Positions 42,565 to 51,125 are shown, counted from the stretch's first letter. The stretch: 64,000 nucleotides of DNA from an uncultured Geitlerinema sp. (GCA_964518905.1 CAZFJL010000016.1:2829-66828), one strand, 5' to 3'. Program-made: numbers and translations. Notes: generated by a model from the letters alone, not told the origin.

Positions 42565-42620
42565 TCAGACCTTTGAGGTTTTCAAAACCTCAAAGGTCTC
42601 GCCTGCTAACGATCCATCCC
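42565..42620. repeat. Dispersed repeat family B, inverted copy with a perfect 16-bp-arm palindrome
   Basis: 'tcagacctttgaggttttcaaaacctcaaaggtctcgcctgctaacgatccatcc' lies 3' of the channel gene. Confidence 0.85.
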
Positions 42621-42647
42621 GTGTTTGATCAGGGAAACTTAACCGAA

Positions 42648-44831
42648 CTACGTATTATCTGCGCCAAACCAGCGAGCGTACAGTTCGTCATAGGTTCCCG
42701 ACTCGCGGATTGCGAGCAGCGCCTCGTTAACCATTTCCCGATAGGGACTTGCCTCCGGCAGCACGATGCCATAGTTTTGGCGATCGAACACCGACCCCGC
42801 CAGCTCCACCTCACCGGCTCCGGTATGGAGCGCGTAGTGTTGCAGCACCGGGGCATCGTAGACGATCGCGTCGAGCTTGCCAAAGCGTAGAGCTTGATAG
42901 AGATCGTCCGTGGTTTGAAAGCTGGTGGCGCGAATATCGTGGTCGATCAGATATTGCTCCGCCGTGCTGGCGTCGATCGTGCCAACGAGCTTGTCGCGCA
43001 GGTCGCCCGGTTCCGCGATCGTCCCTTCCAGTCGATCGACCGTAAAACTGGTCGTCACGGTTGCGATGAAATAGGCAAAGACAAAATAGCCCGCACACAT
43101 CCACACCAAAGCGAACAGCTTGCCTAACGCTGTACGCGGGGTTTTATCGCCATACCCCACCGTCGTCACCGTCACCGCAGACCACCAAAAAGCATCCCAA
43201 ATCCCCCTGGCATACTGCTGCGGGAAATCATCGTTATGCTTATGCTCGATGAACCAAACAATGTGAGCCGCGATCGCCAAGGTTAAAATAAATAGCCCAA
43301 TGCCGTAGTACAGCTCGGGTGTGGTGAGAATTTGCACCAGCCCTGTAAGGAGTGATTCCACCGGATTGCTGGGCAAATCGCGCACCATAATCTGCAACCC
43401 CGAATCAAAAAACGGATGGGAAAAATCCACCACATCTTCGCGAGCAGCGGTCATACTGACACCCGCAATGCCCAAATCCGATTTTTGTGTCCGGACATTT
43501 TCGATCAGCACAGCAACGGTATCCACATTGCTAATGCGATATTCCAGCCCGAGATTTTTGGCGATCGCTTCCCAGAGTTCGATGCTAAACCCGGTATAGG
43601 AGCCGTCTTCGTAAATCACAAACGGGCTAAAGGATTTCGTGACGACCCGCAAAGGCACTGCTAAGTCGTCAATATTTTGGCGCAGGATGATGTCATCGTC
43701 ACCGTTGCTGCTCTCATTCGCCTCAGCCAGCCAGATATCGACTTGGCTGCGATTGGCTGCGATCCACTCCTGGGCATAACGGCGCAAATTTTCGGGTGTA
43801 TCTTCGCCGTTCATCTGCGCCACGAGCTGCGTTTCAATCACGTCGATCGGAATGAAAACGCGATCGAGCAACCGCGCGATCGCCGGATTGAGCTGCAAAA
43901 ACGCTTGACGAGAGGCCGGTCGGACTGCGGTTTCGGGAAACCCGGTCAGGCAGGGATTGGCGGCGCAGCCTTCGAGGTTGGCGATCGGCTTCGGCAGCGC
44001 CCGCCCGAGTTCATCATCCACGGGCAGCGCTTCGGGAACCGGCAGCCAGCGCGTTTTTGTGCCCGGTTCGAGGATACGGTTAACCGCGTGGGGTTTCCAG
44101 GTAAAAAACAACACCGGTTCGCCGCGATCGTAGCGCTCGATCGTCTGGCGAATTTGGTAGTCGTAATTGTCGCTAATTTGCTCAACGGTATCGCTCAGAC
44201 CGTAGGCTTTGATGTGCCGATCAATCGTCTTGGCGCAATCCCAACCCGCGTTACAGCCGATCAGATCCGCTTTACCATTGCCATCAAGGTCAAATTTCGC
44301 GGCGATCGCGGGATCTTTCAAATCGGCGATCGAGGTGACTTCCAGCGCCTCGGCGGTTTTCCGATCAATGCGATAGCCCTGTACTGCTGGCTCAGTAATC
44401 GGCGTGGACATCGCCAGCGTGACACCCTGGGCGCTGACGCGATCGATGTAGGGATCGTGTTCTGGTAGCCAGGTATCGAGCCAAAGATCTGTTTCCTCGC
44501 GACCCAGCGCTTCGTAAAATTCGTCGGTGGCAAAGACCTGGGGGGTATTGACCGAGTAGCCCAATTCTTCGATCAGCTGACCAACAATCTCGACCTGTAG
44601 ATCACTCGTACGCCACGACGATCGCGCCAAATTGACGCTAACCGGCTCACTACGGGTCACGCTGGGCGCGAGGCTCAACCAAAGCACAGCAAGACACGAC
44701 AACAGACCGAGCCAGATCGCACGCAGAGTTGCGCTGGAAATACGTTGCTTCACCAGATTTGTTCCAATTGGTTCGAGACACCTAGCGACGAAAAGATCGC
44801 AGGTTGATTGCGTTCTACGTTTCGCCAGCAC
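42648..44831 (-). CDS. ProX/OpuAC-like betaine-binding domain fused to a GluR0-type ligand-gated potassium channel (S1, M1-P-M2, S2)
   Basis: The ORF is continuous over 727 codons. Aa ~65-372 are ProX-like ('YRIDRKTAEALEVTSIADLKDPAIAAKFDLDGNGKADLIGCNAGWDC'). Aa ~395-490 are the SBP_bac_3 S1 lobe ('LRVVTKSFSPFVIYEDGSYTGFSIELWEAIAKNLG', 'SMTAARED'). The 'TVGYGD' filter is at nt 43146-43163. The S2 lobe covers aa ~610-727. The start is uncertain: GTG at 44831 or GTG at 44753. Confidence 0.85.
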   Translation of the reverse strand: MLAKRRTQSTCDLFVARCLEPIGTNLVKQRISSATLRAIWLGLLSCLAVLWLSLAPSVTRSEPVSVNLARSSWRTSDLQVEIVGQLIEELGYSVNTPQVFATDEFYEALGREETDLWLDTWLPEHDPYIDRVSAQGVTLAMSTPITEPAVQGYRIDRKTAEALEVTSIADLKDPAIAAKFDLDGNGKADLIGCNAGWDCAKTIDRHIKAYGLSDTVEQISDNYDYQIRQTIERYDRGEPVLFFTWKPHAVNRILEPGTKTRWLPVPEALPVDDELGRALPKPIANLEGCAANPCLTGFPETAVRPASRQAFLQLNPAIARLLDRVFIPIDVIETQLVAQMNGEDTPENLRRYAQEWIAANRSQVDIWLAEANESSNGDDDIILRQNIDDLAVPLRVVTKSFSPFVIYEDGSYTGFSIELWEAIAKNLGLEYRISNVDTVAVLIENVRTQKSDLGIAGVSMTAAREDVVDFSHPFFDSGLQIMVRDLPSNPVESLLTGLVQILTTPELYYGIGLFILTLAIAAHIVWFIEHKHNDDFPQQYARGIWDAFWWSAVTVTTVGYGDKTPRTALGKLFALVWMCAGYFVFAYFIATVTTSFTVDRLEGTIAEPGDLRDKLVGTIDASTAEQYLIDHDIRATSFQTTDDLYQALRFGKLDAIVYDAPVLQHYALHTGAGEVELAGSVFDRQNYGIVLPEASPYREMVNEALLAIRESGTYDELYARWFGADNT

Positions 44832-44937
44832 TAGGGTACAGCAAGCCCAGAATTCCGAGGACGACAGTGTTAGAAATCAATCTACTTCTAGACCCGCAAG
44901 TAGTTTTGTAGTGGCGCGACTTAACTAAATGTGTGTA

Positions 44938-45774
44938 TTAAGGAGAGGATTTTATCTCTTCAAAAGTCGGGTAGAGATGTCTCAAGGCAACCCGCGCATC
45001 TTCTGTCGTAAATTGCCAAACGACCTTAGCCTGCTTCTGGTTTCGCTCGTTCTGCCACGCTTCTACCTCACTCACCAGTTTTGGAGCGCTGTCAATGCGC
45101 CGCTTTAAACATTGTTGGGTCAAAACAGAAAGCTCAATCTCGGCTACATTCAGCCAACTGCCATTGCGTGGGGTATGCACCATTTCCAGCCGACGCGCCA
45201 GTTCATGAGCTTCGGGAGCTGGGAAGGTTTTGTAGAGCGAAGTGATGGTGTGGGTGTTGAGATTATCCGATAGCAATCGAATCTTCTCGGCGTTCGGATA
45301 ATCCACGGTGAGCAAGTGTTGAATTTCGAGTGCCCAATCCTCACTGGTGCGATGGTCTCGGCAACTGACCCGTCGCCATCCTTGATGAGGCGCAAAAAAC
45401 ATGAACAGACTCTGAACTCCTTCCCGCGTGTAGTGATAGTCTTCTTTCGCATCATGGCCGGGTTCCAGTGGAATGGGCGGAACTTGATGTCCGTGGAGTT
45501 CGCTACTCGCCTCATCCATACAAATTAGCGGTCGATTTGGGTCAGGCGCAGCTTGATACACATCGAGTACGTTTTCCATCTCCGCCACAAATCTGGCTAA
45601 ATCTCGCTCCGGAATGCAAAATCGCTCTACTTTCCAAGGGCGCAAGCGGTTTTTTTTAACACGCGCCGTACTGTTTCTCGCGAGATCTCGACGATGATTT
45701 GTCGCGCTTTTAGCTCTTGAGTTAGTAGTCTGATACTCCAGTCTGAATGGCCGGATGGTGGATCTGAGCAGCAC
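44938..45774 (-). CDS. IS630 transposase, DDE catalytic part (-1 frame; functional portion begins at the 45650-45657 slip site)
   Basis: It includes 'PLICMDEASS', 'LLSDNLNTH' and 'GSWLNVAEIE', the acidic triad context of IS630/Tc1-mariner transposases. Confidence 0.85.
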   Translation of the reverse strand: MLLRSTIRPFRLEYQTTNSRAKSATNHRRDLARNSTARVKKNRLRPWKVERFCIPERDLARFVAEMENVLDVYQAAPDPNRPLICMDEASSELHGHQVPPIPLEPGHDAKEDYHYTREGVQSLFMFFAPHQGWRRVSCRDHRTSEDWALEIQHLLTVDYPNAEKIRLLSDNLNTHTITSLYKTFPAPEAHELARRLEMVHTPRNGSWLNVAEIELSVLTQQCLKRRIDSAPKLVSEVEAWQNERNQKQAKVVWQFTTEDARVALRHLYPTFEEIKSSP

Positions 45775-46100
45775 AGCGCCACTATTCTCGCTTCCGCCTC
45801 GCCATCAATTTTCGGCGGCACTGGAGGGGTTCGTCTCACTTTCCGGTTTAAGGCTGGCTCGATTCCCTGTTCCAGAAATCGTTTTCTGATTCGCCCGACT
45901 GAGTTGATATGGATACCTAATGCTTCCGATATTTCCTTATCTGTCCAGTAGCGTGATGCCCCTTCTCCTTCATCTGACATCAGCAAGATGTTAGCGTGCA
46001 AGATTTTCTTGGCGGGAGCTTGACCTGTTTTGCTAATTTCGGTTAGTCTCTCGCGCTGCTCCTGAGCTAGATTTACTTTGTTTTGTCTCTTGTGTCCCAT
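45627..46100 (-). CDS. IS630 transposase, N-terminal HTH part (frame 0)
   Basis: It includes 'LSQEQRERL…', 'ISEALGIHINSVGRIRKRFLEQG' and 'WSIRLLTQEL'. It ends 23 nt after the A8 run. Confidence 0.85.
   Translation of the reverse strand: MGHKRQNKVNLAQEQRERLTEISKTGQAPAKKILHANILLMSDEGEGASRYWTDKEISEALGIHINSVGRIRKRFLEQGIEPALNRKVRRTPPVPPKIDGEAEARIVALCCSDPPSGHSDWSIRLLTQELKARQIIVEISRETVRRVLKKTACALGK
45650..45657 (-). promoter_or_regulatory. Putative programmed -1 ribosomal frameshift site (A AAA AAA on the minus strand)
   Basis: There is a T8 run on the plus strand. Frame 0 reads …V L K K T…stop. A -1 slip gives …V L K K N R L R P W K V E…, which is continuous with the DDE ORF. Confidence 0.6.
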
Positions 46101-46156
46101 CCTTCTTCCCTCTCTTTACGTTACTCTCCTTCCACTATTTTAGATGAGTCGCGCCA

Positions 46157-46223
46157 GTAGGGTGGGCATTGCCCACCATCACGGATACTGCTGATGCGCG
46201 GGCTGATCGTGGTGGGCTGCGCC
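46157..46223. repeat. Dispersed repeat family A, copy whose left edge carries the IS630 insertion
   Basis: '(g)tagggtgggcattgcccaccatcacgg…gatcgtggtgggctgcgcc' is colinear with 38643-38714. The right arm is degenerate. Confidence 0.75.
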
Positions 46224-46393
46224 GGTGCTAAAACAGGTATGCGATAGCAAGAGTTCCACTGAGACGGCAACGGCGGCCAACAAAATCATAAAATTTGAGT
46301 CATCTATTCTAAGGGGCTTTATCTACGGCTTCGCGAACGGTTTCGCGGATAGTCTAGACCATCTCAGACCATCAATCAGGACACCAGATTATC

Positions 46394-46933
46394 GTGAGTT
46401 CTTCGTTCCGATCGCGCTTGCTAGCCCTGCTAGCGTTAACCTTCGTTGTTGCGACCGTCATGTATGGCGAGATAGAGATGCGTCCCTTACCTGGCCAAGC
46501 TCAAACCGAAGGTGTGGAACAATCCGGGCAGCTACTCGCGATCGAGCAGCGGGCTTGGCTGGGCGATCGCTGGATTTATTTCGAGGTAGCGCGGACGACA
46601 TCGGAGCAAGCGATGGGGCTGATGTTTCGCGAACATCTCAGCCGCGATCGGGGGATGATCTTCCCGTTTGATCCGCCGCGTCCCGTGCGGTTTTGGATGC
46701 GTAACGTCTCGCTCCCCCTCGATATGCTATTCGTCCGTTCGAGCGAAATTATCGCCATTTCGAGCGATGTTCCGCCCTGCACAACGCCAACCTGTCCCAC
46801 CTACGGCCCCGATCGCGAGATTGATCACGTGATCGAACTCGTGGGCGGCACGGCAGAACGGTTGGGGATTGCGGTGGGCGATCGGGTCGAGTTCAACCCG
46901 ATCGACCCCACCCCACCCGACTGGGTTGAATGA
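46394..46933 (+). CDS. DUF192-domain protein
   Basis: It has a GTG start and a signal-like N-terminus, plus 'GLMFREHLSRDRGMIFPF', 'FWMRNVSLPLDMLFV' and 'VIELVGGTAERLGIAVGDRVEF'. Confidence 0.85.
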   Translation: MSSSFRSRLLALLALTFVVATVMYGEIEMRPLPGQAQTEGVEQSGQLLAIEQRAWLGDRWIYFEVARTTSEQAMGLMFREHLSRDRGMIFPFDPPRPVRFWMRNVSLPLDMLFVRSSEIIAISSDVPPCTTPTCPTYGPDREIDHVIELVGGTAERLGIAVGDRVEFNPIDPTPPDWVE

Positions 46934-46962
46934 TCCGAATTCCCCTAATCGGTGTTCGTGGC

Positions 46963-47316
46963 TTAACCTTCCAGCGGGTTCGGTGCTTCATCCACACGCG
47001 GTAAACCGAGGCTATAGTTGTTGACGCGGTTGTCGAGGTTGTAGCGCACCTGACCCGAGAATAGGAGCGATCGGATGAAGTGCTGAAGATCGGAGCCAAT
47101 CATGCGGAGATTGTACTCAATGAGTTCATCACCCTTATAGGTTGCGACCAGTTCGGCAAATTTGGCGCGAACGGCCTCGATCGCGTTGTCATCCCAAACC
47201 AGTTCATTATCGGGATCAATATCGAGCGTGAGGGTGTCCTCACTCGGTACAAGTTCGAGACCCTGAATCTCAGCAGCGAAAATACGAATGTGGCGCGTGG
47301 TGGATTTCAGCAGCAT
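46963..47316 (-). CDS. ndhM: NAD(P)H-quinone oxidoreductase (NDH-1) subunit M
   Basis: 'MLLKSTTRHIRIFAAE…TLTLDIDPDNELVWD…EYNLRMIGSDLQHFIRSLL…NYSLGLPRV' is near-colinear with Synechocystis NdhM as I recall that sequence. Confidence 0.93.
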   Translation of the reverse strand: MLLKSTTRHIRIFAAEIQGLELVPSEDTLTLDIDPDNELVWDDNAIEAVRAKFAELVATYKGDELIEYNLRMIGSDLQHFIRSLLFSGQVRYNLDNRVNNYSLGLPRVDEAPNPLEG

Positions 47317-47585
47317 GATCGAGCGATAGAAAACGAAGTGGACACGAAGAACGCACAGCCGCAGCCGAAATCTCGAACCTGCTGGCCGGTTAAGCGCGAC
47401 CCCTAGAGGTCAGCTTGCTCCGTATTGTAGGTCTGTCTCCCCCTTGGACTCAAGTTTCCGGGGCGGGGCGGGGCAATCTCAAACAATTTGCGTATTTTTA
47501 TGGATTACCCTCGGACTCGACTACGATCGAACAGCTACCCATTCAATCAACTCTGGAGTTCGACCGCGAACGGTCGCGATCGCGA

Positions 47586-48626
47586 ATGACTAATTCCCCC
47601 GACGATTCCCACAATTCCATCCCCAAGGCCGAACCCTCAGCGGTCTCGCCAGCGGCGGCAAGCAACGATCTAGATTTTGACGACGTGATGGCTGCGAGGG
47701 CAAGCCGTGAGTTTGATGCGCCGGATTTTCTGCCGATCGATTCATTTTCCAGTTCGTCGCATCTCGTTGATCCGAGTGATGACATTTTCGAGCAAGCCGC
47801 ATCGGGAAGCGTCGCCGCGATCGTCCAAGTCCTGAATCAACGCTTGGCCGATCGCGGGGTGCGGACGCGGGCGATGGTAGATGCGGGGTGGCTGCAATTG
47901 CTCTGCGAATCCGTGCAGCGATCGGCACTCGATCGCGACACACTAATCGACCAAGTGCGAGACATCCTCGAAGATATCGACCCGGCCAAAATTCGCCGTG
48001 TTCAGATCAATAGTCGTCTCGCTCGCGAACAGCAACTGCTCTGGCTCGACGATATTCGCCGCCAGCCCAAACAGTTGCTCTGGAGCGAACCGATTCGCCT
48101 GCGTCGTTCCAATCCGCTTCGACGGCTGTGGAAATCGCACGAGCAGCGTCGCCAGCGCCGGGTGATGCCGATCGTCCGATCGCGTCCGTCCCTGCCGTCG
48201 CGTCGATCCTCAGGACTCGGGCGCGGGATTGCGATCGGTGTGGCGATCGCCCTGCTTGTCGGTTTGGGCTACCGTCAGTGGTCAGTGATGAACGGTGTTA
48301 CGACGAAAGATGCACCCGTCAATGCGCCCGTCAATGCGCCCGTACCCAACGATTCCCCCACCACATCTAGCGACGACGTCACCACCGAACCCGCGCCGAT
48401 CGCCGACCCCTTCGCCGCCGCCGTGACCCTCGCCACCCAAGCCGCGATCGACGGCCAAACTGCCACCAGCGCCTCCGCTTGGCTCGATCTTTCTGCCCGT
48501 TGGCAACGCGCCGCCGAACTGATGGATCAACTGCCAGCAGACGACCCGCGCCATAACACCGCCCGCGAGCGAGCCGTCTTATATCGCCAAAACAGCGCGA
48601 TCGCCCAACAGCGTGCCGCCCAGTGA
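47586..48626 (+). CDS. Hypothetical membrane-anchored protein
   Basis: I chose the ATG at 47586. There is one TM helix (GIAIGVAIALLVGLGY) and an in-frame 12-bp tandem (APVN) at 48312-48347. I cannot name a family. Confidence 0.55.
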   Translation: MTNSPDDSHNSIPKAEPSAVSPAAASNDLDFDDVMAARASREFDAPDFLPIDSFSSSSHLVDPSDDIFEQAASGSVAAIVQVLNQRLADRGVRTRAMVDAGWLQLLCESVQRSALDRDTLIDQVRDILEDIDPAKIRRVQINSRLAREQQLLWLDDIRRQPKQLLWSEPIRLRRSNPLRRLWKSHEQRRQRRVMPIVRSRPSLPSRRSSGLGRGIAIGVAIALLVGLGYRQWSVMNGVTTKDAPVNAPVNAPVPNDSPTTSSDDVTTEPAPIADPFAAAVTLATQAAIDGQTATSASAWLDLSARWQRAAELMDQLPADDPRHNTARERAVLYRQNSAIAQQRAAQ

Positions 48627-48954
48627 TTGTTTTTAAAGTTTGGGTATTGATCTGAGCGTGTTGGTTTGGGGATGTCGGTTTAGATCAAACTTAGATTAAA
48701 AATTTACACTTGGGCGTGTCCGTCTAGCGAGCATGGGATCGAGCCAGCATTAGCGCAGGAGGTGAAAAATTTGCTCCCTTTAGGAATAGCCTCTCCTCTA
48801 TAATGCTCGTAGCCGTCGGAAAGCCGCGATCGCTCACATTTCATCTTCCATCGCAACTATTACAGCGATACACCCTGCCAAACATTCGCCACAATCGGTA
48901 AAATGTATCGCATGTCACCGACGTACCGCGCCCACATCCTTCATCAAGACCGCC

Positions 48955-50361
48955 ATGTTACGGGGATCGATCCTACAAACGCTCGTAGATGCGTGCCAAG
49001 AGCGCACCAATCAAACTCCGTTTAACTATGGCGTTTACTACAAAAATACCTTGGTGTCCCTCTGTCATGCCCTAGAGGACAGCATCCTCACGAATGACTG
49101 TCAGCCGATCGTCATGACCGCCTTTCAACGCGGCAAGTGGTACCTCCAAGAAGCCGATCGCTACACCGAGATTGCTCGAAAATCTCGACACGTTACGATT
49201 CTTGCCGCACCCGATGCAGGCTTTGCCGAGCATCCCACCGGCCAGCTCGATAACGTCTCGCTGATTTCGCTGTTGCCCGAAGACCCCGTCGCCCAAGAAT
49301 GGCATCTGGTCATCCTGTCGCCGACCTACACCGCGATGGTGATGTGTCAGGAGCTATCCGAAGAAGACTATGGTGCGTCCGGTATTCCAGACATTGACAT
49401 TGAGCGTAAGTTTTATGGATTTTGGACGTTTGAATCCGATTTAATCCTGCAAACTGCTGGATTAATGCTGGACTGCTGTGAGCATAACGCGCCCGGCATC
49501 CGGCAGAAACTTCAGCCCCAAATGGACGAAATTGCCAAGGCGTTGGCTCAACGGGATACAACCGAGCAACTGAGCGAGACCGTCAACCGCGTTGTGACTT
49601 ACCTCAAAAATCGGCAGGAAACCTTACCCAATGCCAATCAAGTTGGGCACACCCAAAGAGCCCTCGATCGCAATCTGAGCGCCAACGAACTGCAAGCCTT
49701 CCTCCGGATGGCCCAGGCGATCGACCTCAGCGACACCGCCAATCCGATGGCCGCCTCCGAAGTCGCCTCGCTCTGTGAAGCCCTCGGCCAACTGCTCGAC
49801 CTCCCCGCCTGGCAGCTCAAGCGACTCCGCCTAGCCGGAATGCTGCACCGCATCGACTATCTTCCCGGAACCGGCAAGCCTCTGACCGCCATTGCGCGTG
49901 AAGTGAGCGGCCCGAGCTGCCCTCTTTCCGCCGGTACGCAGGCTCTACGCATGATGCCCAAACTACGGGCGATCGCCCAGATCGTGAACCACCAAACTGA
50001 AGCCTGGGACGGTAGCGGCCAGCCCGCAGGGCTGGCCGCAGATGCTATCCCGCTCGAATCTCGTATCCTCGGACTCATTGCCGCGTTTCAAAAATACGCA
50101 ATGCAGCATACGCGTGCCGGTGATGCCGGTCAATCCCCGATCACTGCGATCACAGATGCGCTAGCCCGATGTCAGGCCGAGAGCGGCACACTCTGGGACC
50201 CGAAACTGGTCGAGACCCTTGGACTATTAGTGATGGGACTACAACAGGGGTTGAGTTTATCCTCTAGTCACTTCAAAGTGAGCGCTGGTCTGTGGTCGAT
50301 CGACGATAGCTTTGACGCCTCGAAACCCCCGCAGTATGCCTCCGGCTCCTCTCGAACCTAA
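48955..50361 (+). CDS. DICT-domain sensory protein with a degenerate HD-GYP-like C-terminal domain
   Basis: The N-terminus 'YYKNTLVSLCHALEDSIL…PIVMTAFQRGKWYLQEADRY…VTILA…LSPTYTAMVMCQE' follows the DICT pattern. The C-terminus reads 'GMLHRIDY' and 'NHQTEAWDGSGQPAGL…IPLESRILGLIAAF', which resembles HD…HHExxDGxGYPxGL but with HD changed to HR and GYP changed to GQP. Confidence 0.7.
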   Translation: MLRGSILQTLVDACQERTNQTPFNYGVYYKNTLVSLCHALEDSILTNDCQPIVMTAFQRGKWYLQEADRYTEIARKSRHVTILAAPDAGFAEHPTGQLDNVSLISLLPEDPVAQEWHLVILSPTYTAMVMCQELSEEDYGASGIPDIDIERKFYGFWTFESDLILQTAGLMLDCCEHNAPGIRQKLQPQMDEIAKALAQRDTTEQLSETVNRVVTYLKNRQETLPNANQVGHTQRALDRNLSANELQAFLRMAQAIDLSDTANPMAASEVASLCEALGQLLDLPAWQLKRLRLAGMLHRIDYLPGTGKPLTAIAREVSGPSCPLSAGTQALRMMPKLRAIAQIVNHQTEAWDGSGQPAGLAADAIPLESRILGLIAAFQKYAMQHTRAGDAGQSPITAITDALARCQAESGTLWDPKLVETLGLLVMGLQQGLSLSSSHFKVSAGLWSIDDSFDASKPPQYASGSSRT

Positions 50362-50414
50362 TGCCGACCTGCGATGGTTGGTCTTTTGCTTGCGGGGCTT
50401 GAGCCGTCGCGATC

Positions 50415-51125
50415 GTGCCATTTAACCCTTCCGTTTTGATGATGACCTCCATTACACCTGACGCCATCCGCACCGGACAGATTCGCCAGCTTGCGGGCTG
50501 TGATCTCGAAGATTTCGATTTATCGTCCGCCCAGCTCAACGGCTTCGTGTTCACGGGAGCCAATCTGGTCGGCAGCGATCTCACGGAAGCCAATTTACAG
50601 GGCGCAAACTTGAGCGGGTCTAACTTATTGGGGGCGATTCTGGTGCGTGCCGATCTGCGAGCCAATTTGACGGGCGCGAACCTGATGCAGGCGGATCTAT
50701 CGTCGGCGGATTTGCGCGGAAGCAACCTCCGTGGCGCCAATTTAATGGGGACGACGATCGTCCATGCTTCGATCAGTGGCGCGTTCATGAGCGGGGTCAA
50801 CCTCATGAGCGCTAATCTTTCGGGGGCGGATCTTCGCGGTGTCGATTTGCGTGGCGCGAATCTGAGCAATGCCAATCTCCAAGGCGTCGATTTGAGCGGA
50901 GCCGATCTCAGCGGAGCCTTACTCAATGAAGCGAATCTGGAAGAGGCTAATCTTCAGCAAACGAACTTTAGCGGCGCCAACTGCACGCGGGCGAATTTTC
51001 TCTGTGCGGACGTGGAAGGAGCGATCGCGATCGGTGCAAGCTTTATGGGAGCCTGTGTCACCGGGACGGGCTTCGATCGGCCGAAGGAACGCGAAACCTC
51101 GCCCCATAGCAGCTCGATTCGGTAA
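50415..51125 (+). CDS. Pentapeptide-repeat protein
   Basis: It has about 35 consecutive A(D/N)LxG-type pentapeptides, e.g. 'ANLQGANLSGSNLLGAILVRADLRANLTGANLMQADLSSADLRGSNLRGANL'. The start is GTG at 50415 or ATG at 50439. Confidence 0.85.
   Translation: MPFNPSVLMMTSITPDAIRTGQIRQLAGCDLEDFDLSSAQLNGFVFTGANLVGSDLTEANLQGANLSGSNLLGAILVRADLRANLTGANLMQADLSSADLRGSNLRGANLMGTTIVHASISGAFMSGVNLMSANLSGADLRGVDLRGANLSNANLQGVDLSGADLSGALLNEANLEEANLQQTNFSGANCTRANFLCADVEGAIAIGASFMGACVTGTGFDRPKERETSPHSSSIR

Larger units (their letters stand above)
44910..46157 (-). mobile_element. IS630-family insertion sequence, apparently intact (1248 bp)
   Basis: The imperfect terminal inverted repeats are GTGGCGCGACTTAACTAAA (left) and, as the reverse complement of the right end, CTGGCGCGACTCATCTAAA. 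TA lies directly outside both ends (44908-9 and 46158-9). It has two overlapping transposase ORFs with an A8 slippery run. Confidence 0.9.

Noticed and set aside
41084-42620. Reading the two inverted family B repeats around ctp as the ends of a composite transposon.
   Set aside because: There is no transposase between them and no visible target-site duplication. The same repeat also occurs singly elsewhere (9370-9425). Independent insertions into gene-end spacers are the simpler explanation.
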